From positions 62,001 to 126,000 of the forward strand of contig KZ538056.1 of NCBI GenBank assembly GCA_000934665.2: a stretch of 64,000 bases of DNA, given 5' to 3'. A program made the translations under genes and the position numbers. Each line of letters opens with the position of its first letter. The stretch's first letter is position 1. This document shows positions 12,501 through 26,398 of the stretch, piece by piece. This stretch comes from Catajapyx aquilonaris. Its lineage: Eukaryota. The notes under the pieces were generated by a model, which saw only the letters and a program-made list of their open reading frames with translations, had not been told where the DNA came from and ran no database searches.

Positions 12501-15500
12501 TCGGACAGCTTGTTCGGGGCAAGTCGCAGGTTGTTAACAGCCCTGTTGACGTCATTGCCATCCAGTTCCTTCATCGTTTCCAATGGTATCGAACCCAGGT
12601 AAGGAGCTGGGATGCCGGCCAGATCCACCTTCTTCCTTGACCCGCGTTGCATGAATTTTTCAATAGCCCAAGGAGCAACCTGACTGATCTGAAACATAAT
12701 TATTCAAGCATTGCTGTAGTGCGAAGAATTCAAAGCACTCCTCCAGGTACTTACCAACCCTTGGCCCAGCACGTCATTGCCAAACTGAGCAATGTCGGTC
12801 AATTTGCTGGTGTCGAATATGTTCCAGTCTTTTATCTTGTTTATAAGAGACGGGGCAGTAATTGAAAGGAGGCTGGCTCCCAAATCCTTGCCGTACTCCA
12901 TGTTGAGTTGCTCCAAAGGTTTGCCGTCCAGTTTCAGATTGATCAGCTCTTTGCGCACCTCGACGGGCACTGCTTGCTGCATGCCTTCCAGGCGCGTGGT
13001 CATATCAGCGAGGGCCACCAGTCGAGTTTCATCCTTCATGGCTCGCACCATGTCCATTGGCAGAAAGGCTCCAATTTGACCCAAGCTGGAGGGAATTCAG
13101 AGTGTTAGTTTTTTATCCAGGCGACATTTGAAATCTTATTTGCCATTTCTTATTTGATACTGGGCCCTTACTTTGTCATCATTCCGTTGACATCAATCGG
13201 GAATATCTTGTTGATACTTTCATGATCATGATGGTTCTCAAGGTATTTTCTTGCCAGCGTCATTCCTAGTTGCGGATTTCGTACATCGCTCTGTAATACA
13301 AGAGAGTTGTCATTAGTCACGCGTGGTAGTTACTAATGATACACGTATATTCAGTGCTTTCTAAATAATTGTACTCTTTGTCTCCCATGTGTGCATTGGC
13401 GTCATTCTTGAGTCATAGCAACCCCTCTTACAATCTTACATGTGCCTATACAATGTAGATTCGGCAAAGCTACTTCATCAATCTTGACAGCTCACACTTC
13501 CTATACTGACCTCCTTGATGTGGTTCATGGCGTCAGCAACGGCTTTATCCGGAACGTCCTTGATGAACTGAGATGCCAAGCTGGGCACCTGTTTGGACAG
13601 GTTGGCGAGGTTTTGGGATGTCCACTCTTTGGTGGGTCCATAGGCCGTCTCGACCAGCTTCGTCAACAACGCCTTTTCTTCCAACTCATTGTGACGCACC
13701 TTGCCTTCACGCACCTCTTGCCCAAACAAGTTCTCCAATCTGGTCAGAAGGATCCGAATTTAGAATGATCAAGAAAAGGAGCACAAAAAGGTCAATAATA
13801 GTTTTGAACAAACGTGTCCTTGAGCTATGCAATCATCAGCACTCTAGCATGTAAAGGTAAGTGGGGGAAACAATCGCGCTAGAGTGCTGTGGTTGTATAA
13901 CGCCATGTTACATTTCTTTTATTGAGAGAGAGAGATAGTATAGTACATGCATAACTTACATGGTTCGTGCTATCATGTGGTCCTTAACCCCCACCAGTTG
14001 GGAAGGCAGGACACTTTCTAGAAGTCCCTTGGACCTGAGGTTTCTGATTGTGTCAGAATCCACCAGCCCACCGTCGCTGAGCTTCTCCATTGCCATGTAC
14101 AGCAGCGTACGTTTGGTCTCGTCATTTTCCTGCAACACACGTCTGAATCAGCGTACCGTTCACGTGCACCTTCCGACAACCGTGTGCGGACTACATACAT
14201 CCATGTCATTTCCCTTAATTTTGTCCAGGAGGAAGGCGGGCGACAGCTTTTCCCCAGCGTAGTCCACTATGCGAGAGAGTCCTGTGGGACGCTCCTTATC
14301 CACCAGCATGTCGATCAGCGTGGTCACCAAAGTCAGGTTCATCTTCTGGATGACTTCACGCTGCATGGATGCAGGGGAACATTGACGTTACTAAATTAGC
14401 CTATCGCAGACAATTGAATGAGTGACAATGGCGATGTATGTTACCGGGATTAACTCGACGACAGAAATGTCAATTTCACGGAGGTCTTGTTGGTTTACAT
14501 CACTGAAATCGCCAGTCACGAAGGCTTTCTTCAGCTTGGGTGGCAGCTTCTCCACGGCTTTTTGAAACGTGACTCCTCTGTAATGTAATTAAGTCAACGT
14601 GAGAAATTGGGTCGTGGGCGTTGCCATTTTGTATGAAATGACCGGGAGTTAGCGAAACGTTATTAACACTATTGCATGGCACAGTACTGTACAGTACATC
14701 TGGTAGGATTTATTATCGTCAAAATAATTATGGTACCGGTATCTATTGACGAAAATGATGGCATTAAAATATCTTTATGCATTTTCATTCGTACTTGGAA
14801 AATCATTATTGCTGATTAATTATCCTCCTTGATAATAATTAGAAAGTGGAATGAAATCACTACCAATAAGTTTATTGTTAAAATAATATGCAAGTGAAAT
14901 ACGCCGTTAATAGCTGGAGTTCAACTCTTTCATCTTAAATTATCATTTTAACGGATTCTGAAACTATGATGTTAGTAAAACATGAAATTGATTGGAAACT
15001 AAATTAATTACAAATTATGATTTTTTTTGTAATGTGTTCTTTGAAATGTAATTATTCAGTGAAGTACGGAAATTACGGAAATTGCGAAGTTATGAATTAA
15101 ATGTGTGCAGCCTATATTAGAAACGTATTAAATTTTTATGCAACATTCTATTTAGCGCATGTCACAATGATTTAGTCTGAAAATTTTCATTAACTGTTAA
15201 GTCCCGCAATGTTGCGTTTTAGGACCTTTGATTAAATCCATTAGAAGTTGAGTTTGCTGTTATACTCATTCAGCATGGTATTACGTGACAACAAATGGCA
15301 TGTATTTTGAGAGACGTCACGTAAATCTGCAGAATTTTCACAGTGCAAAGCATCAAAATGGGAAGGTTGCCATTTGTAGCTCCCGTTATGGTTGCGCTCT
15401 ACTCGATGATAAAATAATTAATCTATACTCACTTTTGGTAATAGCCTTTAGCTTTAGAGGTCCAGCTAACTTCATCTTCCGATTCTGCACGTCGTTTTTC

Positions 15501-17186
15501 CTGTCAAGGGAAAAAGTACAATCAAACTATTCCGTAACATTTTGGTAGTGCTTGCAATGTTCCGAAACTTGTGTTGCAAAAATAATAAGTTCCCATTTAC
15601 ACCATTCAGAGTTGTAGCGTATACTGGAAATTTTCTTCGTAAAAATATCACTGCTGATCGAGGTGCTCCTAATTTCCGAACAGTTCGATTCCTTGTTATT
15701 CATTGCATTCATTGTATAACAAAAGTACGTTATTTAAAAAAGAAGAGAGATTATAGTAATATTAACAGGTGGAACTTTCCCCAAACCATCTGACTTTGCG
15801 TAATCAAGCGAATAGTATTTTTCAGAGGCCCTGCAGCGTTAATATGCATGCAGATGTCACAGTAATATAGCATAATTATGCACGGTATGAAAGTACTTAA
15901 TGTCCACTCACCCTGAGGGACGACTCTTCATTTTTGATTGCTGAACCAGTGGCTGTGATGGGCAATAAAGGAAACAAAAATTAGTAGAATCTTTCATCAC
16001 TCTTGCGGCCCTTACATGCATTTGGAAATATTAACATCCAAGACAATAATAATTAATCACCAAGTAAGCTGTACAGTAATGTACATAAGAGCTTACAATG
16101 TGGTTGCCTGGAATAATTTGTGAAGTTCGTTTTGATTATTTACAATTAGTTACATATCATTGTCCTCAATTTACATGTGCCATCTTGCATTTCTTTTCCT
16201 CTCCCTCCCCCCCCCCACCCATTCCGTATTCCATCTTGACTTTCTTCTTGAGTATCTTGACTATGCAACCACTGAGTGAAATCATCCTGGAAGACCGCAA
16301 CCCACATTACTTTTGTGATTCATCCGCCTGCCTCGCTCCAACCTCGTGGTTACGTGCGGTCAACTGTCGGGCGGTTGCTCATAATTTTTATATGCATTCA
16401 CTGCAGATATGACAACATGCAGCTTTTTTAATGTCACAGTGCTGCAATACAGAAATCAATGAGGCATTGCGCTAGTACTACTCCGATGCGCCGCTCTCAC
16501 ATTCGCCAATTGAAATAATAGTTTTCATAGTGTGTCGCATTCCTAACACATCCATTCCATTGTTTCACAGTGGTATCATTATTTATATCTATCCTACGTT
16601 TCACAAGTGCAGTGTGATTATTTTCTAAATTACATGATTGTGACGAATGCATTATGATTAGGAATTAAAACATTGTGGAGTCAATCCTGTGAATCATATT
16701 TACAGAATTGAGCTTACACCAATTCTTAATTAAGTTTGGTTGATTAAAAAGTACGTTTAAATTAATATTAATGATTTGAAGGTGTGCAGCTCGAAGATTG
16801 CATTACGATGAATAGCCTATCCCACACTTGTCTCGGAGTATACGTGACTGTAATTTCTCTTGCATAAAAGTAAGTTCGCCACTATCAATATGCAATCAGG
16901 TGATGAAGTGGCCCATCTCCCTTTGAATCTGGACCATCCTCCACATGACCAGCATGCTCTTGAATTAACTCCAACCTTGACTTCCCATCGCCCTTGTATA
17001 ACAAGCCCCGAATGAAAGGGCGGATGACAAAATTGATCCCCCTCTTCCCTTTGCATGCTGCCTCAAAATTGGAAAACCCTTGATAAAACGAGACACACGC
17101 CACACCAGAAGCCTCTTACCTTGTTCCGCCAACAAGACCACCGCGCAGAAGAAGAGGACCGGTCGCAGCAGCCTCATCCTCACCAT
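9530..17186 (-). CDS. Otoancorin/mesothelin/stereocilin-superfamily-like secreted GPI-anchored protein, 20 exons, ~1215 aa
   Basis: Phase-consistent GT-AG exons (minus): 17186-17120, 15952-15912, 15500-15433, 14577-14445, 14360-14199, 14129-13960, 13739-13511, 13290-13172, 13085-12755, 12688-12149, 12052-11913, 11833-11689, 11608-11186, 11112-10977, 10891-10719, 10659-10501, 10437-10295, 10166-9923, 9832-9688, 9609-9530; sum 3648 nt. Signal peptide MVRMRLLRPVLFFCAVVLLAEQ. Recurrent helical motifs FGPAKWWD, YGPTKEWT, FGPPQQWTAAEVRALG..AG typical of this family. C-terminus SAAGASIASWSLISLSLILTAVTRTSLLVR* is GPI-signal-like. Confidence 0.8.
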
Positions 17187-20100
17187 CCCTCTGCTCCTTG
17201 AGATCACGTTGTCCTGCGAACGGACACACACTGTACAGTACTGTGGATGCACTCTGGGTACACGGTCGATTGAGAAAGGATCTGAGTCAGGCTAGGGAGC
17301 CGTCACCAGTGACGTCACTCGGAGGGAATTCGATTAGGTCGGGGCGTCGGTTGAGGCGTCGTCGGCGCCGGGACAACAACAGGAGTTGGATCAATGCGCG
17401 CAGAGGAGATCGACGTCGGACTAGGCCACCAGTCACGTCTCCCATCTCGATCCCTGACCCACACACACCCTGTCGCTTGATCAATCTCGGTCAACACCCA
17501 ACCACACCAAAGCACGCACCCTCACGCACCCACTGCACTCGGTCTATAAGAACTATCAAGTCCTTCCTTCACCTGGATATCCAGAGATATCCCCACCCCC
17601 AGTCCGCCCCAATCCAAGGTTCACCTCACCTTTTTTTTGCATTCTCCACACTTTCATTTAATTTTGGAGATGACCCTGAGCCTGGGCCAAAATTGCGGAC
17701 TGTTCCTATTGGGACCCTGGCCAGGGGTGTCACTCGATGCTGCATATTCCGTTTCGTTCTCTCGTTATTGCTATGTAGTGCAATGCAAGGGCGTTATGGG
17801 TCATCCTGTACGTAGATATGGGGTTACGCAAGCGCCAAGACAGCAAAACTGTATATGCCTGAGGCATGGACAGGGAGGCGCCGAGTCTCTCCCATTTGGA
17901 GGGTGAATTATGACTTCAGGATTTCCGACTGGGAAGTGCGACCCACGAGGAACATCAGGGAATTGCCTCTCTGGACCTAAACTGACTGTTTGCAAGAGAG
18001 ACTTTGGATGACTATGAGGCATATTCTGTATTCCAACAGCAATGTAGTGTGAAGGTTTTTTGCCTAGGGCTAATGACAGGCTGCCAGTAGTGTGTAATTT
18101 TACTATCAGAGTGTTCTTGTCGAAACGCCTCTTTCATTCCGTTACGTAACAGAGTTACGCTTTTGCCTCGGAGACTTCTTCCTTACCAAAGAGTCTGCTA
18201 TTGACCTTCCTGAGTGCATGACGTCACAGAGTTTCCCGGGCCTTGACATCGGGTTTCTCTTGTTCGTAATCGTTCTTCAACCAACCTAAGCACCTTAAGT
18301 GATTTTTTAAAGTTTTAAAACTTGTATTTTTTTAATGCGCACCTTTGGCACCACTCTGTAATGTCATTAAGGTATATCATTAACCCAGATAAGTTAATCC
18401 AATAAAGTATATGACACATTTCATAATTGCGTAATTATAAATTACTGCCGAGACATAAACGGTTATCGGATATCGAAATTGAACTTCTGGCTGTATGAGT
18501 GCTATTATTTTAAGCCCTAAATTGAAGCCAAGTGGTTGTCTAGCCAAGTAAGCGAGAGAGAAGTGAATAATTTGCTTTGCATAATTGCCAACTTTCACCT
18601 CCATGCCCTGCCAAATATGATTGTAATATTCAATCATTGTGTGTATGTTGCTTAATCACCGTGCTTTTCATTATCCAAGAGCACAAAATAATCTGCTTAA
18701 AAGATAGACTCTTGTGAGGATTGCAGTAGCAGTGGTCAGTGACATGTGTCTGTGGATTACTTTTCCTGAGTGCTCTTGCAAAATGAAAATTGCTGCAGTA
18801 TACGAGTATTTTGAAGGTTTTAAAGACTAACAACACAGCATTTTTGTAGGTTTAACATAAGTTATTGTTCTACCAGTTTATCCAGTAACATCCTACATCA
18901 ACAATTTTATTGAATTTATTAATATATCACAAAGTATGTACATTTTTGTTATTAAAATACACCCAATTGAAGGGAGTAAACTGCACTAGGTCCGTTTTTA
19001 GAACTTGTAATACACCTATGAAATGCCAAATAGGCTCGTTGTACCATTGCGTTGATGCATATTCGATCCGGTACTAGGGTAATACTTTAATCCCGCATAA
19101 TCCAACGGGTTTAGTTTCATAGCCCATCCTTTGTGCATAATTACTGACTCATTGGCACACATTTTCTACGCATGAGCTCATCTGCACAATAATTGATTGT
19201 TCACTTATTAGGCATTTCCTGGCAAGAATTAATTATATTTTCTTTCATAGTTAGCCCAGGCTAGATGTTTGAAAGGCACTGTATAGGGACCCCAAAAAAA
19301 TCCGGTGCATCGAAATAGAATGGCCAAGGTGCATGCCTGCTGCCTTGATGCATCTGTTTTCCGCACGTGTTTATAGTGCCGGCAAGGAATTTCAAGAGCA
19401 GTGTGGGTTAGTGGGTATGTTATTATGTGTGGGTAGGTGAGTGATCACATCCAGTGAGGCAATCATTTCTGGATGACTTCACTTCCACCTAGGAGAGCAC
19501 TTTTTGATGCCTTATTTCATTTGACCTTGTGCTTGAGATTTTTTGCAAAACTCGAAAGGAGTGACTAGTGCAGGGGAAGTAATATGACAAAACAATGGGA
19601 TCGTAACTATTGCTAAGAAAGTATAGGAAGTTTCTGAGTCACTCTGTGATGGAGAACTGCGGAGCGATAAGATGTGACGAACTGTATTGATAGCGATTCA
19701 AGAGAGGGCAATCAGTTGAATCTCGTATGTTTACATGGTTGTCGGGAAATGTGATGATACTTATATCAATTCATTGCTAAAACATAAATCTGCTTGCCCC
19801 CGTTTTCCCAATTTCTCCCTTATAGCATACTTATGCAATTTGCCCATTATCCTTCACCCTCTACCCACCACATCAGATCCACCTCTGTCATCATTGCCCT
19901 CAGGGAGGTTAAGGTAAAATAAACAAGCGCGCGTATTCTGCCTTTTAACCTGACAGCGAGCGTCGCGTCGCCAGCACCAATGGCAACCGAATCGAGCCTG
20001 ACATATTAGCCAACTACAGAGCCGTGATGACCACTATAATTATTGCTATAACGGTACTCACGAATATGATATCATGCTACAGAAATTTGACCCAAATGTT

Positions 20101-23077
20101 CGTATGAAAAAACTCATTTTCTTTTCCCAACCGTCCTTTTAGCGTGACCTTGCTATTCTTGCACCTGACGCACCCTGCATCGGACTGTCTCCCTACAATT
20201 TGCACTCCAGTACTACTTGTGTAATCATCCCTTGAATAGCATAACCAGCAGCTGTTTCCACTCATTTGCTGTACACATAGTATGCCTTCTGCTGGCCTCT
20301 GACTGACACTTCCAGCTTTGGGAGCCTGGTTCCTCGTGTGCCGGCGCAATTGGCAGAACATCCCTCACGCGATGATATGGGCGGCCATTCCTACATATGG
20401 CCTTTTCCCGTTGCCAAGATGACCGAGGTCATGGCCTCAGGCTTATGAAGCTTCGATCTCAATTCTGATCTAGTTTTCTGGTGTCCTTTTGTCTTTAACA
20501 CCGCCCTTTAATGTTCACAGTTCATTTAGGAATCGATCCTTCCGATGTATGCCCCAGATGCCATCAGGCATTAGGTGTCAGGTTGCAAAAATAACCGGCT
20601 TATTAACGGCAAACGGTTGAGCGGTTCCTCTAATGGCGGCAACAGGAAGGAGGGAAAAAGCGATGGTTTGGCTACTTGAGTCCATTACTGATGACGTGAG
20701 CTCATCAGGGACACATCTTTCAAGGTTACGGTCTAAACTTTCTGAAGAGCGTAGTAAACCGCGCTTATTTCAAATTGCCTTCAGATTGGACACCTGACGC
20801 ACCCATCCACGGCATGACGTATTACACTGATTTATGTTGACAGTTTCTTATTTGCATATGTCATTTCAAATGACCATATTCGTCTCCTAGCTGGCAATAT
20901 TGCTGCCTGAGGGCTTCCTGTGCAGTATTTTATGAATGAGAAGGACAGTCCACATTGTCGCATCATCATGGGTTGTGCCGGGGGGGCTTGGACCTTGATA
21001 TTCATTCAGTGAAAACCCGTCCTTGAGAGGTTAAATAAGCACCTCGATGTTGCACGGCTTTTTGAAAAGTCGCTCTAAATAGCCGGCCTTGGCTATGTCA
21101 ATGAAAAAAATTAAACCAGAGGCCAAAAAAATATTTGGTCCGATATTCCGGGCGGGTGGTTCAACACAACGGCGAACATGGCAAGTTTTGATATTTACAC
21201 TAAGCGAATCAATGGAAATCAATGAAGTGCACCAAAAGATCGCTGACCTGTATTAGTTGATATTAGTTGGCTCCAACGAAGAGTATTAATCCGGGTGAAG
21301 TTGGTCTCCCGGCAAAATTCCAACCAATGAGGTTGACCACTTCTGTCAACTTCTTCCGCGACTCTGCAAATCAAGCGGTGCCCACCTTGTGTGTGTGTGT
21401 GTCCCAACCCTCCACCACACCCCCCACACCCCCGACGCCTCTCCCCCAACGTCCCTCTCAACCCCACCCTTTCCCATCATGCCTGGAAATACCTTGTGTC
21501 CATTTTCTACCATTTTTTGCGGCTGGCCCATCGTAAAGTTTGCATGACAACAGACCGGAAAAGTTGTATGGCGTCATATTGTCGATGGCTATTTGGTTAT
21601 ATGGCTGTAAACAAAAGGCACTGTATCAGTCGGTGACTTTGTATAGGGTGAAGGTACCTGTTGACATTAGGACCATTTATTCTTGCGGCCCTTTTTCTTT
21701 TTACATAATTCTCAAAGTCGAATTTATTTTGGGAATCTGACCTACACAGAATATTATCTGGTAACAAACAGCGTCGTGTATATGCTTATGCAAAGTTTTC
21801 AAGTCTCATCTCTCGCTATATTTATCCAAGTAGGCCTAATATGATGTGACTGCAACAATACAGTAGTTGTGAGCTACATAGTAACAATGGCAGTTAATTA
21901 TATCTGCAAATGAACCTTCATCGCCAGTGAGAATGTGAACATTTGCTATAGACGCACCAAACTCTGTTTGCTTTCCCATTCACACCAGATTAACCTTTGC
22001 GGTGTTACAGTCTGCAAAGGTCCCGGTGGCTTCACCAAGACGAAGCCAAGGAAGCGTGTGCAGATAGGATACATATTGTTACAGTATTTCCAAAGGTGGA
22101 ACAGTGCAGAGGAGACCAAAAGAGCCAACTCGCACATCGATCGCGAATTTCCCCCCGCCTCCCTGTACCCTTCCCCCTTCCCCCTTTCCCGCTCTCGCCA
22201 TTCCCTCCAACTCTTCAACCCTGCCCTAATTGCGTCACCGACAACTCCTCAGGGGTCAAAGCAGGGTCAATCACTTACAACAACATTTGCTTCCAATCCC
22301 CCACATATCGATAGTATGGCAAAAATCTGGCAGTATATGACAGGTATAAGTGCATTCGTGATGGCGAAGAGAGAGAGAAAAAAAAGTGCCCAAGTTTACG
22401 TCGATAAAGTAATGGCCCTGCGGGGATACGATTACTGTACGGTAGCCTTCATGGCGGCATGGATCCTACCTACTTTGTGGGAGGTGCAGCGCACCAAGCA
22501 TATCAACGTCAGCCAATATACAGACTGACCAAATATTCATGTAGGCCCAGAAAAGCATTGTGGGGTATTTCTAAGGGCGACAAACCGGACAAAATAAACT
22601 ATTGACAGGTGATTGGCCAGGAAACAACTATTCTCGCGACAGAGTACAGTAAAACGCCCCTGGATTGGTACCAGTGCCGAAATTACACGTCGAGGGAATT
22701 CGGGGCAGTCGGAAGGGCACATTGATAGTCTGAATGAATTTTTCATGAGGAGCGACGACTTGGAAACCAACTTACGACCTCGTCAACATGATTACTCTGC
22801 TCCTGTTGAGATGACACACGAAGGCGCGACCTTTAGAGACGAAGAGTGCAACAATGCATATCGAACCTGAAATTCTGCATGATCAAACATTTTGGCGCAG
22901 TCGTGGCCTGAGTGAGCGATTGAAACACGTCAGGTGTATGGAAGGAGAGGCCGTTGTGGGTTGATAAGGGGCGGGCAGTCGTCTACGCACTATAGAAACC
23001 AGCTTTGGAAATCGATGGACACCGCATAGGTGGTCTACAATATGTATGCGATGTCGTCAGTGCAATAGCAGTACTCC

Positions 23078-23980
23078 ATGGAGGAGGTAGCCGTCGCAAC
23101 CATGGCCATGGTGGCCTTGGTGGCCCTGGTGCCACAGGCCCAGGCTGCAAGATGTCGAAGCCCCAGGTCGTCCATGGACCCAGGGATGGGAGGAACAATG
23201 TACATCGAATGTCCCGAGTACAACACCATGGAAGTTCTGGAGACGTGTTGTGTGAGCAACAGACGAGCATACTGCTGTACAGTGCATGAGGCCGCCATGG
23301 GTGCAGTGCTGGGAGCAATCTTCTCCCTGCTGACCCTCACCTCCTTGCTACTGGTGTGCTGCTGGTGCTGCCCTTTCTGCCTGCTGCACAGGCACGGCCT
23401 TTGGCGCAGAGGACACATCCACCACCACCACTACCAGCAGCAACTGCTCAACTCCTCCCGCCTCCTTCTCCAGCAGATGAGGAGCAGACCTGGACAAGCA
23501 GCTCGGGTACACCCTCTCCAGCAGGATCCTCATCTCACTCACAAAGAGATCGAGCAGCAGAGGCAGGTGGCTCTCATCACCCACGGGACCATGAACTCTG
23601 ATGCCTCCACTTCTTCGGCCAACTTGTGCCCACCGCCTCCGTCCTACTGGAGCCTGATGGCCTACCCGCCCAACTGGAGCAGGGACGCCTACCACTCCAT
23701 GCCTCCTGTGTACGCCCCGGGGCCAAGCGGCCCAGAGGTGATGCTGTCGGCACCCACGCCGCTTCCGTCTCCCAGGCCGTCGACTGCTCAAGATCTACTG
23801 CAGACACGCACTTTACTTTTGACACCCGCACCCAATGATGCCAGTTCGCCGCACTTGTCTCCATCAAATGTCCCTTCACGTGTGCCAACACCTTCCGCTC
23901 CTCTGCCTCCTGAAGCATTTCCTCTTCCAGCACCTCCACCCCCGCCCCCGCCTCCACCTCCTCCCAGTACCACCCCGTGA
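23078..23980 (+). CDS. Shisa/WBP1/VOPP1-like single-pass membrane protein, 300 aa, intronless CDS
   Basis: Signal peptide (MAMVALVALVPQAQA), six-Cys ectodomain (C...ECP...TCC...YCC), TM helix GAVLGAIFSLLTLTSLLLV followed by CCWCCPFCLL (Shisa-type juxtamembrane Cys cluster), Pro-rich tail with PPSY and PPVY motifs. Confidence 0.8.
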   Translation: MEEVAVATMAMVALVALVPQAQAARCRSPRSSMDPGMGGTMYIECPEYNTMEVLETCCVSNRRAYCCTVHEAAMGAVLGAIFSLLTLTSLLLVCCWCCPFCLLHRHGLWRRGHIHHHHYQQQLLNSSRLLLQQMRSRPGQAARVHPLQQDPHLTHKEIEQQRQVALITHGTMNSDASTSSANLCPPPPSYWSLMAYPPNWSRDAYHSMPPVYAPGPSGPEVMLSAPTPLPSPRPSTAQDLLQTRTLLLTPAPNDASSPHLSPSNVPSRVPTPSAPLPPEAFPLPAPPPPPPPPPPPSTTP

Positions 23981-26213
23981 TTTGTGGAAGAAGAGACGAC
24001 TGATTTCAACAATATTAATACTATGCAGTTATGACTCTTAAATATGTGTGACTGGTACGTTTTCGATTATTATTAACACTCGTGCGATATTACGTAATTT
24101 TGTACATATAGGAACGTGTGCCACTTTAACATACGGTATATATTTTCTCTCATTCATTTGATTACATTATCAGGCAGGTCTTGTATTACGTGTGGTATAT
24201 TGATAACAAGTGTCAATGTTGGTCACTATAGTCTGCCTCTTAAGAGGATGATCGAGCATCCTAAACCTTGGGTTCCTTGAATGCGTTTAAGTTCCTCTTT
24301 ATGCATCAGGGGTTGGGTTCATAAAATGAAGCATATTCTTTTACGATTTTTTTGAGTGCAGTCATAGGCCTAACTATTTCTCGTGGTCCATAAAGTTACA
24401 ACCTAATAGGATCATAAAGGCTACACTTTCTCTTTGCAAATCCAGCCCTTGCCTTGGTGAGCATCGGAGTTTCACTGCTGTGTTTGTTCCTCGTAACAAG
24501 CGTAGAAGTCCGCAGAAACGAAATCAAAATGTTATTGCCAATAAGTGCTCAAATCCAGTTTACAGCCTATCAATTGGAAAAAGAATCATTGCATACCTTT
24601 CCATTTCTATTTCGCACAAATTTTTCCAGTTTTTTGATCTTATAAACACTGTTATTTTGGCGTCCTAAAAGTAATAAAAGAAAACATGAGCGTTGCATCG
24701 AGTGATTTTTGAGTGGAATAAAGGCAAATGTTTAATCTTTCATGTCGCAAGGAAAATGCCGGAGGCCATAAGTAGACCAAGAGTTTATACGCAGGACTGC
24801 CACTGATGAGAAAATATTTTTGCAGTACTGTACCAGTGCAGGCGTTGCATATTATAGACTATTTACGTTAAAAGATACGGTGCATTGTGGGTGGCTGCAG
24901 CAAACAGTACCGTATAGTTTAAAATGCAGCATGCTCTATGCCTTTAACATCTGACTGACATAGGGGCACTATTCGAACGGACAGAAAAGTCATCTACTGC
25001 TGTGGCGAAAGACGCCATTTTTGAAGTCGTCAAGTGGATTTCTAAAATTGTCAATTCCACGATACCATCTGATCTGAAAAACGGTCCAGCTTTGTAGCCC
25101 CTTACTCCTTTGGATACAGGTTCTTGGGAAATGACTTTTCGACCCAGATGAATGTTGGCACAATCATATGGTTTCAAGGAGTGCGTTAACATGCCTGAAA
25201 AAACAAGCATCGGTGTATGTACGAGAACTTCTCTTTAAAAGTTCGCAGCCAAAAGCCATGGTTTATTCTCTCTCTTTCTCAAGAGACGCAGCACTTGTCA
25301 AAATATGTCGTGAGGTATACATAATGCTGAAATGGGCTATCAAGGTGATAATATTATAGCGTGAGTGATGCATAGGAAAACTGATATTCTGTGATGAACT
25401 GTTGATTCTCCCTGTCTGCCAATCTCCATTGGCGCAGTTCCCCCATCATGTCACTCCTCGCATTTCCGGTGTGAGTAACTGCTCATCATTAAACACTTCG
25501 TGGTTGTAAACCGTGACGGTGGTATATGCCTACAGATAAGGTCACTTTTTATCCCCATCTCACAATACCTGTCCGGCACTAGATGCGTAACATGTTAAAG
25601 TATGCATTACACGCTATGCATCGATGTTGACACATGAGTACTCACACTTTGTTACGTTGTTTTGAACACCCTCCACACACGCATAACTTTGCAAATGCAG
25701 GGTCACTGCTAGTATAGACACCCAATATTCTCACAGCATTGTGTACTCTGACAAGTGTATTGTCATTGCCAAGTTGTTCGACGGCTTTTCAGGGTAACGA
25801 AAGTCATACCGTAAAATTTCATCATAATTTTGATATTTGCAAATCAAAATGATAATATGCAAAGTGGATATTAATATAAAATTATTATTATTATTGCATT
25901 GGTTGAAGATAATACAGACAGATTGAAAATGTTTGCGTAAGAGTGTTGCTTTTGGCAACAGTAGCCTACCCTTATCACCTCGCTGGGGGAAAAAACTCAT
26001 ATTGTAAGAGTGGTGACTTTAATAAAATGTTATGGATTATGACATTCATAGAGTTTTCTTCCTTTTGTATGTTATGAACCACCACATCGGATATACGACG
26101 CTTGATAAAAAGGAATTCCAGAAATCGATGTAAGTGAATAATTGAAGGGGAGAGTTATTGTGCCACACTTTCCTGGCCATTGCATTTTCCAGAGAAGTAG
26201 AGTAGGCCCGCTA

Positions 26214-26398
26214 TACAGGGTGACTCTGAAGTCTGGATACATAGATAATTATTAGATTGGATTGTTGGTTTCCTGTTGTGCCAACTCCAAATGCCAACTC
26301 ATCTTTTACTGACTGTCAATGATCTGCTAGTTGGCACAACTAGAAACCAATAATCCAATCCAAATACTTATGTAGCCGTACTTTAGAGTCACCCTGTA
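26214..26398. mobile_element. Fold-back MITE, Tc1/mariner-type termini (TA-CAGGGTG ... CACCCTG-TA)
   Basis: ~72-bp imperfect inverted arms tacagggtgactctgaagt...gttgtgccaact / agttggcacaac...actttagagtcaccctgta; TA on both sides. Confidence 0.8.

Noticed and set aside
17198..17815. 205-aa plus-strand ORF
   Set aside because: Non-ATG start, lies over the GC-rich promoter/5' region of the otoancorin-like gene, no protein-like features.
21935..22528. 197-aa ORF upstream of the Shisa-like gene
   Set aside because: GTG start, crosses pyrimidine-rich low-complexity sequence, no recognisable motifs.
25380..25529. In-frame TGA (25448-25446) read as selenocysteine
   Set aside because: Neighbouring fragments carry TAA/TAG stops and frameshifts and I saw no SECIS, so pseudogenisation is simpler.
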